A stretch of 27,513 nt of DNA from a virus (taxonomy: Duplodnaviria; Caudoviricetes), in the IMG/VR virus record IMGVR_UViG_3300049594_000052, positions 1-27,513 of that record, one strand, 5' to 3'. The notes under the pieces were generated by a model. That model did not search any database and was not told the DNA's origin. It saw only the letters and a program-made list of their open reading frames with translations. Shown piece by piece: positions 18,519-27,288 of this stretch. Both the position numbers and the translations under genes were made by a program. Positions within the stretch are counted from its first letter, which is position 1. The number at the start of each line of letters is the position of its first letter.

Positions 18519-19874
18519 GTGGCAAATACATTTCTAGAGTCTCTACGCGAAAAGCGCGAGAGCAAGACATCAATGATTCAGACAATCGTTGATCGCGTTG
18601 CTGAGGAATCACGCGACGTGAGCGAGGTCGAACTCGCAAACATCGAGGCATTAAATCTCGAAGTAAAGAAGCTTGATGAAAGAATCGAGCAGATTTCAGA
18701 TATTGAACTACGTAACGCAAAGGCAGCAGATTTAGCTGCAAAGGTTGATGCAAATATGCCAGCAACCGAAAAGCGTGAATCAATCAAGGTTATTAGTGAA
18801 CCTATTACCTATTCCCAACGCAGTGAGTACAGCTTCCTATCAGATGCTGTAAAAGCACATTTCAATACCGATGTAGATGCAGCGGATCGTATCCGTCGCC
18901 ATCAACAAGAGATGAACGTTGAATATCGCGCAGCTGGAACATCAAACTTTGGCGGCTTAGTAGTGCCTCAGTATTTAGTTGATCTTTACGCTCCAAAATT
19001 ACGCGCTGGTCGTCCGTTCGCAGATGCGTCACGTCGTCACACGCTGCCACCGCAGGGTATGTCGGTCGTGCTGTCTTTGATCGGCACTGGTACAGGCGTC
19101 GCCGCTCAAACTTCACAAAACACAGCGGCTGTATCTACAGATCCTCAAGACAGTACACTTACAATTAACGTAAATACTGTTGCAGGTCAAAACAGCGTTT
19201 CCAAGCAAGCGCTACTACGTGGATATAACCTAGAGTCAATCGTATTGACTGACTTGATGCGTGCATATCACACAGAGCTAGATAACTTGCTACTTAATGG
19301 AAGTGGATCTAATGGACAACCTCTAGGAATCCAGAATATGACCACAGGAATCTTAGTAACCTACACTGCTACCACTGGTACAGTCGCAGGCCTATATCCA
19401 AAATTAGCAGACGCTATTCAACAAATTCAGAGCAATATCTACGCATCACCTAACGCGATTATTATGCATCCACGTCGTTTAGGTTTCCTACTTGCTGGTC
19501 TTGATGGTCAGAGTCGTCCACTAGTCGTACCGACTGCGTATAATCCTGTAAATGCCATTGGCTCAGGTGAGGGATACCCTAACTACGGTAATAACTCAGG
19601 TTATTCAATTCTCGGTTTACCAGTCATCACAGACGCAAACATTACTACTGCGGCTGGAACTGGTACTAACCAAGACACTATCCATATCGTCGACCTCAAC
19701 GAGTCTCACCTATTCGAGGAGACTGGTAGTCCGACATACGTCACCTTTGAAGAGCCAAACGGCAAGGTTGCGTTAAACATCGTGATGTACGGAATGTTTG
19801 CTTATACCTCGCTGCGCTATCCAAAAGCGTTTGCGCAAATAAACGGAACTGGTCTTCAAAGCCCTAGCTTCTGA
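18519..19874 (+). CDS. Major capsid protein, HK97 fold with N-terminal delta (scaffold) domain
   Basis: Coiled-coil N-terminus, GGLVVPQY, LLNGSGSNGQPLGI, IMHPR and ILGLPVITD. AGGAG RBS with GTG start. Confidence 0.95.
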   Translation: MANTFLESLREKRESKTSMIQTIVDRVAEESRDVSEVELANIEALNLEVKKLDERIEQISDIELRNAKAADLAAKVDANMPATEKRESIKVISEPITYSQRSEYSFLSDAVKAHFNTDVDAADRIRRHQQEMNVEYRAAGTSNFGGLVVPQYLVDLYAPKLRAGRPFADASRRHTLPPQGMSVVLSLIGTGTGVAAQTSQNTAAVSTDPQDSTLTINVNTVAGQNSVSKQALLRGYNLESIVLTDLMRAYHTELDNLLLNGSGSNGQPLGIQNMTTGILVTYTATTGTVAGLYPKLADAIQQIQSNIYASPNAIIMHPRRLGFLLAGLDGQSRPLVVPTAYNPVNAIGSGEGYPNYGNNSGYSILGLPVITDANITTAAGTGTNQDTIHIVDLNESHLFEETGSPTYVTFEEPNGKVALNIVMYGMFAYTSLRYPKAFAQINGTGLQSPSF

Positions 19875-19887
19875 TGATAAAGGACCC

Positions 19888-19911
19888 CTGGGGAGCCTTG
19901 AAACTCCCCAG
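19888..19911 (+). terminator. GC-rich hairpin after the capsid gene (terminator or mRNA stabiliser)
   Basis: CTGGGGAG-ccttgaaa-CTCCCCAG perfect 8 bp stem, with no clear U-tract. Confidence 0.55.
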
Positions 19912-19950
19912 TGGTTATAACCATTCAGAATTTCTAAAGAGGTGGTACTA

Positions 19951-20040
19951 ATGTGCGATGGTGGAGCTGTCACCTTTAATACAATGCCTCGTTCGATGTC
20001 ACCTGTCCCTGATACCGATGGAGATTCTGAATGGCTATAA
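19951..20040 (+). CDS. 29 aa leader mini-ORF (MCDGGAVTFNTMPRSMSPVPDTDGDSEWL)
   Basis: Strong SD GAGGTG upstream; overlaps the start of the 20031 gene. Confidence 0.5.
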   Translation: MCDGGAVTFNTMPRSMSPVPDTDGDSEWL

Positions 20041-20654
20041 CTAACGGATACACAACTTTAAATGCAATCAAAACTTTCTTATCTATTGCAGATAACAGCG
20101 ACGATACTTTGCTAGAGGGAATGGTTGAAGCAGCCTCGCGCAGTATTGATCGAATTGCCAATAGAAGGTTTTATTTGGACTCTACTGCGTCAGCTCGTCA
20201 ATATAGAGCCTACAATAACGTCATAGCGTATGTGGATGACATCGGCACCACGGCTAGTTTGGCCGTGGCAATCGACGACGACGGTGACGGCGTATTTGAA
20301 ATCAGCCTGACACAAAACACAGATTATTTGCTGGACCCATTGACGGCTAGTTCTCTAGGACGTCCATTTACGCAACTAACGATGGTAAACACAGCACACG
20401 TATGGCCTGTCTTTCCAGGAATGTTCAGTAACGGCTTACGGCCAGGCGTTCAAGTCACAGCTAGATGGGGCTGGCCTAGCGTTCCAGATGATATCGAAAC
20501 GGCCTGTCAGATACTCACGGCCGATCTGTACAAACGCAAAGATTCGCCAGGTGGCATCTTAGGTTTAGGCGACCTCGGCGCTATTCGTATGTCACCTCTA
20601 GGCCGCGACGTTACTGCAATGGTTCGTGCATATAAAAAGGAAGTGGCGGCCTAA
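20031..20654 (+). CDS. Head-tail connector (gp6-like adaptor)
   Basis: YTTLNAIKTFL...DDTLLE...AASRSIDRIANRRF and WGWPSVPDDI. Confidence 0.85.
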   Translation: MAITNGYTTLNAIKTFLSIADNSDDTLLEGMVEAASRSIDRIANRRFYLDSTASARQYRAYNNVIAYVDDIGTTASLAVAIDDDGDGVFEISLTQNTDYLLDPLTASSLGRPFTQLTMVNTAHVWPVFPGMFSNGLRPGVQVTARWGWPSVPDDIETACQILTADLYKRKDSPGGILGLGDLGAIRMSPLGRDVTAMVRAYKKEVAA

Positions 20655-21052
20655 TGGTTCCTTCTACCGTTCGACAGAATTTGAAAGCTCGTCTAGCTAC
20701 TATCAGCGGTTTAAAAACTTATGATCACATCCCAGACTCCATTGCCGTACCAGCAGGAGTCGTAGGTCAATTAGATTTGACCTTTGATACCACGTTTAAT
20801 CGTGGTTATGACTCTGCAACTTGTACAATTCTGCTCATCGTAGGCAGAATGAGTGAGTCCGCAGGGCAAACAAAGCTAGATGGATATCTAGCGTCTACAG
20901 GTTCGACCTCAGTGAAAGCCGCTATTGAGGGCGATCAAACGTTAAGCGGCGCAGTACAGACACTTCGCGTGACGCAAGCCAGCGCAGGGTCGGTGCAAGT
21001 TGCCAACATCGAGTACTTGGCGTATCGATACGTGGTAGAACTGATCGGCTAA
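20654..21052 (+). CDS. Tail terminator / completion protein
   Basis: Size and position; VKAAIEGDQTLSG motif. Confidence 0.6.
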   Translation: MVPSTVRQNLKARLATISGLKTYDHIPDSIAVPAGVVGQLDLTFDTTFNRGYDSATCTILLIVGRMSESAGQTKLDGYLASTGSTSVKAAIEGDQTLSGAVQTLRVTQASAGSVQVANIEYLAYRYVVELIG

Positions 21053-21066
21053 CAAAGGAGAAAAAA

Positions 21067-21477
21067 ATGGCCATCTTTATGGGTAACAAGGTGTCGGTAA
21101 TCGTCGGCTCTACCTCCACCATTACAGATCACGTGAGCGCAGTCAGCCTCTCGAGAGAAGTAGACGCGGTGGAAATAACAGCAATGACCGACACAGTCCA
21201 AAATATAATCGGAGGGATTGAGAGACCAACTTTGACGTTGGAGCTTTTTAACGACTTCGCAGCTTCAAGTGTCAACTCATTATTTGAGGATGCGCTTGGA
21301 ACTAAGCTCGCAGTAAAACTCATCCCTGTAGCAGGAACAGTCACAGCGACCAATCCTTCATACACTATGAGCGTACTTGTTTCACAATGGCAGCCTATTA
21401 ACGGCGCTATCGATGCTCCAATGACAGCAAGTATCACACTTCCTGTTACGGCCATCACCAAGTCGACATCCGCGTAA
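21067..21477 (+). CDS. Major tail (tube) protein
   Basis: AAAGGAG RBS, VEITAM and ATNPSY motifs, position before the chaperone. Confidence 0.75.
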   Translation: MAIFMGNKVSVIVGSTSTITDHVSAVSLSREVDAVEITAMTDTVQNIIGGIERPTLTLELFNDFAASSVNSLFEDALGTKLAVKLIPVAGTVTATNPSYTMSVLVSQWQPINGAIDAPMTASITLPVTAITKSTSA

Positions 21478-21498
21478 TCTAATTAGTAGGGGGCAGTT

Positions 21499-21762
21499 AT
21501 GGCTACACAACAGATTAAGGTAGTTAAGAAAGACGGCAAAGAGGCGCTGTATGACCTTACGCCATCCGCCAAAGTGGCCTTTGAAAGTCACTTTAAAATG
21601 GGATGGCGTAAGCGTCTACTAGACGAGCAACGTGACAGTGATCTATGGTGGTTCGCACACTATTTGATTACTGCCAAAGGCGAAACCACGCTGCCTCTTG
21701 ACGATGCGTTCTTAGATCAATACAAAGACGTTGAGTTCGTTCTTGACTTAAAAAATGGATAG
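21499..21762 (+). CDS. Tail assembly chaperone (G)
   Basis: Lies between tail tube and tape measure; ends at a slippery site, ...TTA AAA AAT GGA TAG. Confidence 0.75.
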   Translation: MATQQIKVVKKDGKEALYDLTPSAKVAFESHFKMGWRKRLLDEQRDSDLWWFAHYLITAKGETTLPLDDAFLDQYKDVEFVLDLKNG

Positions 21763-21929
21763 ACCGACGCGGCGATATATGGGAAGTCGCAGCCGTGTCG
21801 GTAGCTACAGGCATCGCACCAAATGAGCTTCTTAATTGCGACCCCAATATATATGCGGCGATAAAATTTATTTTGTCGGAGCAATCTGACGCTAGGCGCA
21901 ACACTAGGGCGGTCAAGAGGAGAAGGTAA
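21750..21929 (+). CDS. -1 frameshift extension of the tail assembly chaperone (GT)
   Basis: Heptamer A AAA AAT at 21750-21756. The -1 frame reads KWIDRRGDIWEVAAVSVATGIAPNELL...KRRR to TAA 21929, overlapping the next ATG. Confidence 0.75.
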   Translation, partial: KKWIDRRGDIWEVAAVSVATGIAPNELLNCDPNIYAAIKFILSEQSDARRNTRAVKRRR

Positions 21930-22531
21930 TGGCTAAAGATTCAAGCCTTGTCATAACCCAATTTGATGACTTTATGAAGCAGTTACAAGCCCTGGGGCCA
22001 CAGTTTAAAAAAGACTTTGATAAAGGATTAAGGCAAGCGGTTTTGCCTATGAGTAAGTTGGCGCAGTCCTTCGTTCCCAACGACATCAGTTATAACAGCA
22101 GGTACGTGTTTACTCCGCAAGAGCCAACGTATCAAAGCGCTGCTTGGATAGACGATACAGAGCATCGTTCTCGTGACTCTCAACGGTGGACTTGGCGTCC
22201 TGGCGAAGTTCGCAAAGGCATCGTGGTTAGACGTAAAAGTACGCGCCGCGTTCCTGTCGGTTATAGCAAAGTTGCTGTCAGCGTTTTATCTTTAATTAAT
22301 AGCACGGCCTCTGGTGCCATTTATGAATTGGCAGGTTCTGGCAAGCGTAGGAGAGGTACTAATAGATCGCGCAACCCTAACGCTCGCGAGGATTTTCTAA
22401 CCTTCTTTCCAAAGGTAGCAGGGCGACCAAAACGTTTAATTTATAGGGCCGAGGCTCAAACAGGCGATAAGGTACGCGAAGAGTTAGTCAAAGTGATTGA
22501 CCAACGTTTGCTCAAATTCGTGAGGAGCTGA
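21929..22531 (+). CDS. Basic neck/tail-completion protein (HK97 gp10-like)
   Basis: Arg-rich, N-terminal amphipathic helices, GAIYELAG. Confidence 0.5.
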   Translation: MAKDSSLVITQFDDFMKQLQALGPQFKKDFDKGLRQAVLPMSKLAQSFVPNDISYNSRYVFTPQEPTYQSAAWIDDTEHRSRDSQRWTWRPGEVRKGIVVRRKSTRRVPVGYSKVAVSVLSLINSTASGAIYELAGSGKRRRGTNRSRNPNAREDFLTFFPKVAGRPKRLIYRAEAQTGDKVREELVKVIDQRLLKFVRS

Positions 22532-22532
22532 T

Positions 22533-24344
22533 ATGGCAAAACAAGTCTCCATTGATTTTCTTACGCGCCTTAAAGATAAAGGTTTTAAAGACCTCGAAAA
22601 AGCATCAAAGAAGCAATCAAGCGTACTCGCTGGTTTAAGTAAACAACTAGCGGCTGTCTTTTCTGTTGCTGCAGTTGTTAAATTTGGCAAAGAATCTGTA
22701 AGGGCTTTTCAGGACGCGCAAAAAGAAGCAAACCAACTTAGGACACAACTTAAGAGTTTGAATTTAGGTTTTGCCCAATTGCAGATAAGCGACTTTATAA
22801 GAGACCTTGCTTTAGCTACAGGTGTCACTGGTGGCGCTTTAACTGACGCCTTTATAACTTTATCGCAAGCCACCAACGATGTGACAAAAGCTCAAAAACT
22901 ATTAAAGCTCAGTTTAGATATAAGCGCTTCTACAGGTAAAGATTTAAGAACAGTAACGGTTGCTCTACAAAGAGCCCAGGCAGGTCAACTATCGGCTTTG
23001 ACCAGATTGCAGATAGGTTTTACTTCTACAACTTTAGAAGGCAAAGATTTAGATGAAGTACTAGCCGATCTGGAAAAGAAATTTAGTGGCTCGGCCTTAG
23101 TAGCGGCCGACACCTTTGAAGGCAAAATCAATCGGCTAAAGGAAGCGGTAGAGGAAGCGAAAGAGGCATTCGGCGAAAGTCTGGTCGAAGGTATAGAAGC
23201 CAGCAATGTATCCGTTGAAACCTTGCAGAAAAACATTATTGATCTAGGTGCTACTCTCGGAACCATAACTGGAAAACTCATCGCCTTTAACCAGTCGGTC
23301 ATTCAGGATGTTACAAAGGAATTTGAGGAAGACCAGGGTTACTTTGCATCCTTTGTAAAGTCGCTAGTCAAAACAAACAAAGAACTTGCAGCCATAGACG
23401 GTGGAAGGCTCAGAGCAGCTACAAGAGCGCAAGCGCAAATTAGAAAAGTCGAAGCTGAAAATGCTAAGAACGTTAAGAAAACTATTAACATACAGAAAAA
23501 GGCAGATGCGGATAAGAAACGCGCTGCGGAACTAGAACGCCTTAGAAACCGCATCTCCTACAAGTTCGACATTGATGCCATCAATCTAAACGCAGCCTTG
23601 CGACGCGATTTATCAATTGAGGACAAATCTAGAGTCCTAGAGTTGGCGGCTTTAAAAAAGTCTGAGTATCAAACCGAAGAAGAGGCGATTAAAACATTAA
23701 CGGCGGCCATAGAAGCAACGTCAAAGATTAAGCCAGATATAAAGTTCAACGACAACTTAGATGATATTTTAGAAAAGTTAAGAAAACTGATTGAGGGTAA
23801 ATACAACATAAGCATTGGGGCAACAATCACCGTACCTAATATACCTACACCTGGAACCTCTGTTACAGCTGGCGGTCTACCTGGTACGTTTGATCCAGGT
23901 GGATTTAGAAAAAAAGACGAAGATAGAAGTATAGATTTAGAGCCAGGTAAACCTCCTGTTGTCAGACCTCCTTATATTGATTTACCTGGAGAACAAGGTG
24001 GCGAACCCTTTAAGAGACCTTTTGTACCTGATTTAGGAAGTTTTAGATTCTTTGAGGAAAATGAAGATAGTTCTTTAAGAAACCTTTATGATAAAACCTC
24101 AGTACCATCTAATTTTGACGTATCATCGTCTAGGTATTTTGAGGAGACAGGCCGCAGCGCTAGAGGTATGGCTACGCCATCGTTTTTTGATCCTGCAGGG
24201 TTTAGAGCTAGAGATGAAGGCATAACAGTAAACGTAAATATTCAAGGTTCGTTGTTATCTCAAAACGATCTTGTTGCAGCCGTCACCGACGCTGTTTATC
24301 AAACCCAGCGAACTGGTAATGCTCTTTTAATAGAGGCTATTTAA
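22533..24344 (+). CDS. Tape measure protein
   Basis: Longest ORF, helical Ala/Leu/Lys-rich, with LSLDISASTGKDL and ADTFEGKINRL. Confidence 0.88.
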   Translation: MAKQVSIDFLTRLKDKGFKDLEKASKKQSSVLAGLSKQLAAVFSVAAVVKFGKESVRAFQDAQKEANQLRTQLKSLNLGFAQLQISDFIRDLALATGVTGGALTDAFITLSQATNDVTKAQKLLKLSLDISASTGKDLRTVTVALQRAQAGQLSALTRLQIGFTSTTLEGKDLDEVLADLEKKFSGSALVAADTFEGKINRLKEAVEEAKEAFGESLVEGIEASNVSVETLQKNIIDLGATLGTITGKLIAFNQSVIQDVTKEFEEDQGYFASFVKSLVKTNKELAAIDGGRLRAATRAQAQIRKVEAENAKNVKKTINIQKKADADKKRAAELERLRNRISYKFDIDAINLNAALRRDLSIEDKSRVLELAALKKSEYQTEEEAIKTLTAAIEATSKIKPDIKFNDNLDDILEKLRKLIEGKYNISIGATITVPNIPTPGTSVTAGGLPGTFDPGGFRKKDEDRSIDLEPGKPPVVRPPYIDLPGEQGGEPFKRPFVPDLGSFRFFEENEDSSLRNLYDKTSVPSNFDVSSSRYFEETGRSARGMATPSFFDPAGFRARDEGITVNVNIQGSLLSQNDLVAAVTDAVYQTQRTGNALLIEAI

Positions 24345-24345
24345 A

Positions 24346-25596
24346 ATGGCAGGTGCGACACTAAGGTGCACCATTGATTTTGGTAACGGTGCCAGCTTCG
24401 ACCCAGCCTTAGTTTTAGATGATCCCTCTACGCCTTTAGATGTGGCCGTACTAGGAACTGCGGCAAGCGAAATCCTTGACGTTAGTAGCTACGTGTTAAA
24501 GGCGTCGATACGGCGCGCTTATAACAGAACCTCAGATAGTTTTACGGCAGGCACTGCTGCCGTGCGTTTGATTGATGAAGCTGGTCTTTTTAATCCAGCT
24601 AATACAAGCGGAGCGCTATACGGCAAGATTTTACCAATGCGAAAGATTAGGTTTATCGGTCAGTTTAATAACACCGAGTATGCGTTAGGTTCAATGTACG
24701 TGCAGTCTTGGAAGTATCAAAGTCCCACAGGCTTCGACCCTGCTTACGTAGACCTTAACTGCGTTGATGGTTTTCAGCTTCTCAATTTAGCTAGCATTAG
24801 TACCGTTACAGGCGGCACGGCTGGTCAAACAACGGCTGAACGTATAACCAGCATATTGGACGAGGCCGAATGGCCTGGGGGAATGAGATCTATTTCCACC
24901 ACGGCCACGACGACCGTACAAGCCGACACAGGGGCCACTAGAACGGCCCTGGCGGCCTGTCAGACGGTCGAATCGACCGACCTGGGGGCTTTCTATATGA
25001 ACCAGCAGGGATACGCCACATTCCTAAGTAGGAACGACATTATTGCCGCCTCTGGGGCCACGGCCACGGTCTTTAGCGATACAGGCGCTGGAGGCACTAT
25101 TAACTACCAAAGCGTGTCCTTTGACCTTAGTGACTTTGGCCTAATCAATAGCTGCACGGTTACTAGGACAGGCGGTACGCCTCAGACCGTAAATAACGTT
25201 GACAGTATTAATATCTATTTTAAACACAGCCGTAACAAGACAACCATTGCCCAGACGGATGCCGATGCCTTAAACCAGGCGCTGATGATTGTAGCTAGTC
25301 GCCAAGAGGTAGGGGCAGACCTGCGGATGGAGAATCTAACGCTCGACGCCTTCGACGGCTCAAATAGCGCGCGCGTCATTGCTGCTTTGGACCTTGACGT
25401 CTTTAGCCCAATAGAAGTTATACAAACATTAGAGGGTGGCACGGTCACAAGTGACACGGTAATTACTGGGGTGGCCTACGACATAACCCCTAATTCATTC
25501 CAGACTACGTTCACAACCGCTCAACCCTTCGCCAGTGGCTTCGTGCTAGACTCTCTAGTAGATGGCCTACTAGATGAGGACTCGCTCGCTTATTAA
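24346..25596 (+). CDS. Minor tail (tail tip/hub) protein
   Basis: Follows the tape measure; IRRAYNR...FTAGTA...FNPAN and GAFYM...ATFLSR. Confidence 0.7.
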   Translation: MAGATLRCTIDFGNGASFDPALVLDDPSTPLDVAVLGTAASEILDVSSYVLKASIRRAYNRTSDSFTAGTAAVRLIDEAGLFNPANTSGALYGKILPMRKIRFIGQFNNTEYALGSMYVQSWKYQSPTGFDPAYVDLNCVDGFQLLNLASISTVTGGTAGQTTAERITSILDEAEWPGGMRSISTTATTTVQADTGATRTALAACQTVESTDLGAFYMNQQGYATFLSRNDIIAASGATATVFSDTGAGGTINYQSVSFDLSDFGLINSCTVTRTGGTPQTVNNVDSINIYFKHSRNKTTIAQTDADALNQALMIVASRQEVGADLRMENLTLDAFDGSNSARVIAALDLDVFSPIEVIQTLEGGTVTSDTVITGVAYDITPNSFQTTFTTAQPFASGFVLDSLVDGLLDEDSLAY

Positions 25597-25604
25597 GGAG
25601 AAAA

Positions 25605-26213
25605 ATGGCTGCAGGTTTAGGATTTAAGACCTTTACTACAGGTGAGGTTTTAACAGCCGCCGACGTAAACGGCTATTTAATGCAAGGCGTATTAGTTTTT
25701 GCTAGTGAGGCTGCTAGAAACTCTGCTATAACTTCACCGCAAGAAGGGCAGTTTGCATACACTAAAGATAATAACAGCCTATGGTATTACACAGGTAGCG
25801 CGTGGGCAGCTAGTGGCGCAACAGGTGATATAGAGGGCATAACTACAGGTACAGACTCAGGTTTATCAGGCGGCGTTACTAGCGGTACAGCTGTACTACG
25901 CTTAAAATTAGAGTTTGATGCAGAAACAGGCACTACATACACGCTATTAGCAGCTAACCTAAATCAGCTAGTAACTCTAAACAATGCCAGCGCAATAACT
26001 TTAACTGTACCGCCTAGCGTTTTTAGCGCGGGTGATGTAATAAACATAGCTCAGATCGGAGCAGGCCAAGTAACGCTAGCGCAAGGCGCAGGTGTAACTA
26101 TTAACTCAACAGGTGCAACAGCAACAGCACCTAAACTACGCGCAAGATACAGCGCAGCTTCTATCATCTGCACCGCCTCAAATACCTTTTTAGTTGTTGG
26201 AGATATTGCTTAA
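25605..26213 (+). CDS. Tail fibre base protein with C-terminal adaptor domain
   Basis: FTTGEVLTAADVNGYL, FASEAARNSAITSPQEGQ, then the shared AETGTTYTL...VGDIA domain. Confidence 0.75.
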   Translation: MAAGLGFKTFTTGEVLTAADVNGYLMQGVLVFASEAARNSAITSPQEGQFAYTKDNNSLWYYTGSAWAASGATGDIEGITTGTDSGLSGGVTSGTAVLRLKLEFDAETGTTYTLLAANLNQLVTLNNASAITLTVPPSVFSAGDVINIAQIGAGQVTLAQGAGVTINSTGATATAPKLRARYSAASIICTASNTFLVVGDIA

Positions 26214-26761
26214 TGAATATCTTGGGCATTATCGCCAGTTCTAAGTTTGGAGATGCTGGCGACTTTGAGTCTATTGCTACTACTACTTTAAGTACCACTA
26301 CTGCAACTGTAACTTTTAGTTCTATTCCTGCTACTTATACACATTTACAGATTAGGGCTTTAATTCGTATGGCTAGGTCATCAGAAGATTATTTAACAAC
26401 AACATTCAATTCAGGAACGGATGTTACTGCTCGTCATATATTAAGTGGTAATGGTTCAACGGCAAGCGCTAGTGGTGGAAGTGGCACAGGTCAAGATTTT
26501 GGTCCGTTTCCTGATTCTTCACATACCGCTTCAATTTTTGGTGTTTTGATTTTAGATATATTAGATTACTCAAACACTAATAAATATAAAACATACAGAA
26601 TGTTCAGTGGTAACGATAGAAACGGCGCAGGAAGAATTGACCTACAAAGCACAACAGCATCCACAACAAGTGCGCTTTCTAGTATTGCTTTTAGTACTTA
26701 TTATGGCGATGGTTTCGCTCAATACTCCCAATTCGCCCTTTACGGAATACGGAGTGCATAA
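26213..26761 (+). CDS. Tail-tip triad protein 1 (copy B)
   Basis: Near-identical to 4234-4788 after the first ~36 aa. Confidence 0.65.
   Translation: MNILGIIASSKFGDAGDFESIATTTLSTTTATVTFSSIPATYTHLQIRALIRMARSSEDYLTTTFNSGTDVTARHILSGNGSTASASGGSGTGQDFGPFPDSSHTASIFGVLILDILDYSNTNKYKTYRMFSGNDRNGAGRIDLQSTTASTTSALSSIAFSTYYGDGFAQYSQFALYGIRSA
26321..26761 (+). repeat. Right copy of ~440 bp direct repeat
   Basis: Aligns without gaps to 4348-4788. Confidence 0.95.
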
Positions 26762-27255
26762 TGCCTATAACTTATGAACCAATTAGTACCACAACGCTTT
26801 CTACTGCTACCGCATCTATTACATTCTCTACTATTAGTGGTGCTTATACGGATTTAGTTTTGGTATTTTTTACACCATCAAACTCAATAAATGATGATAT
26901 GTATTTACAATACAATTCTGACACAGGGTCAAACTATAGCAATACTACGCTCAGGGGAAATGGCACAACTGCATCAAGCACAAGAGGTAGCAATACCACA
27001 GGTGCAAGATTTAGCGATATGTCATCGCCGACTACAACAACCTCTAATACTGCAATAATTCATATAATGAATTATGCAAACACTACAACTTACAAAACTA
27101 ATATATCAAGAAGCAATAATGCTTCTACTGGTATTGATGCAATGGTTACACTTTGGCGTAATACTGCTGCTATTACTTCTGTAAAAGTATATCCAGCCTC
27201 AGGCAATATGGCTACTGGCACAATAGCAACCCTCTATGGCATTAAAAGTGCGTGA
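26761..27255 (+). CDS. Tail-tip triad protein 2 (copy B)
   Basis: Same length and framework motifs as 4788-5282, with different loops. Confidence 0.65.
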   Translation: MPITYEPISTTTLSTATASITFSTISGAYTDLVLVFFTPSNSINDDMYLQYNSDTGSNYSNTTLRGNGTTASSTRGSNTTGARFSDMSSPTTTTSNTAIIHIMNYANTTTYKTNISRSNNASTGIDAMVTLWRNTAAITSVKVYPASGNMATGTIATLYGIKSA

Positions 27256-27288
27256 CCTTATGACAACTAATTTTAGAAAGGCGGCATA

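Noticed and set aside
19847-19911. Hammerhead ribozyme (CTGATGA...GAAAC)
   Set aside because: CTGATGA arises from the tandem stops TTC TGA TGA TAA. Stem II is out of register and no stem III/NUH arrangement fits.
1462-25457. All minus-strand ORFs in the track
   Set aside because: Each lies opposite a well-supported + strand gene and lacks recognisable motifs.
4348-26761. Simple terminal redundancy of one circular genome, or attL/attR sites
   Set aside because: Flanks on both sides of the repeat differ and the copies carry 10 mismatches. No integrase is encoded.
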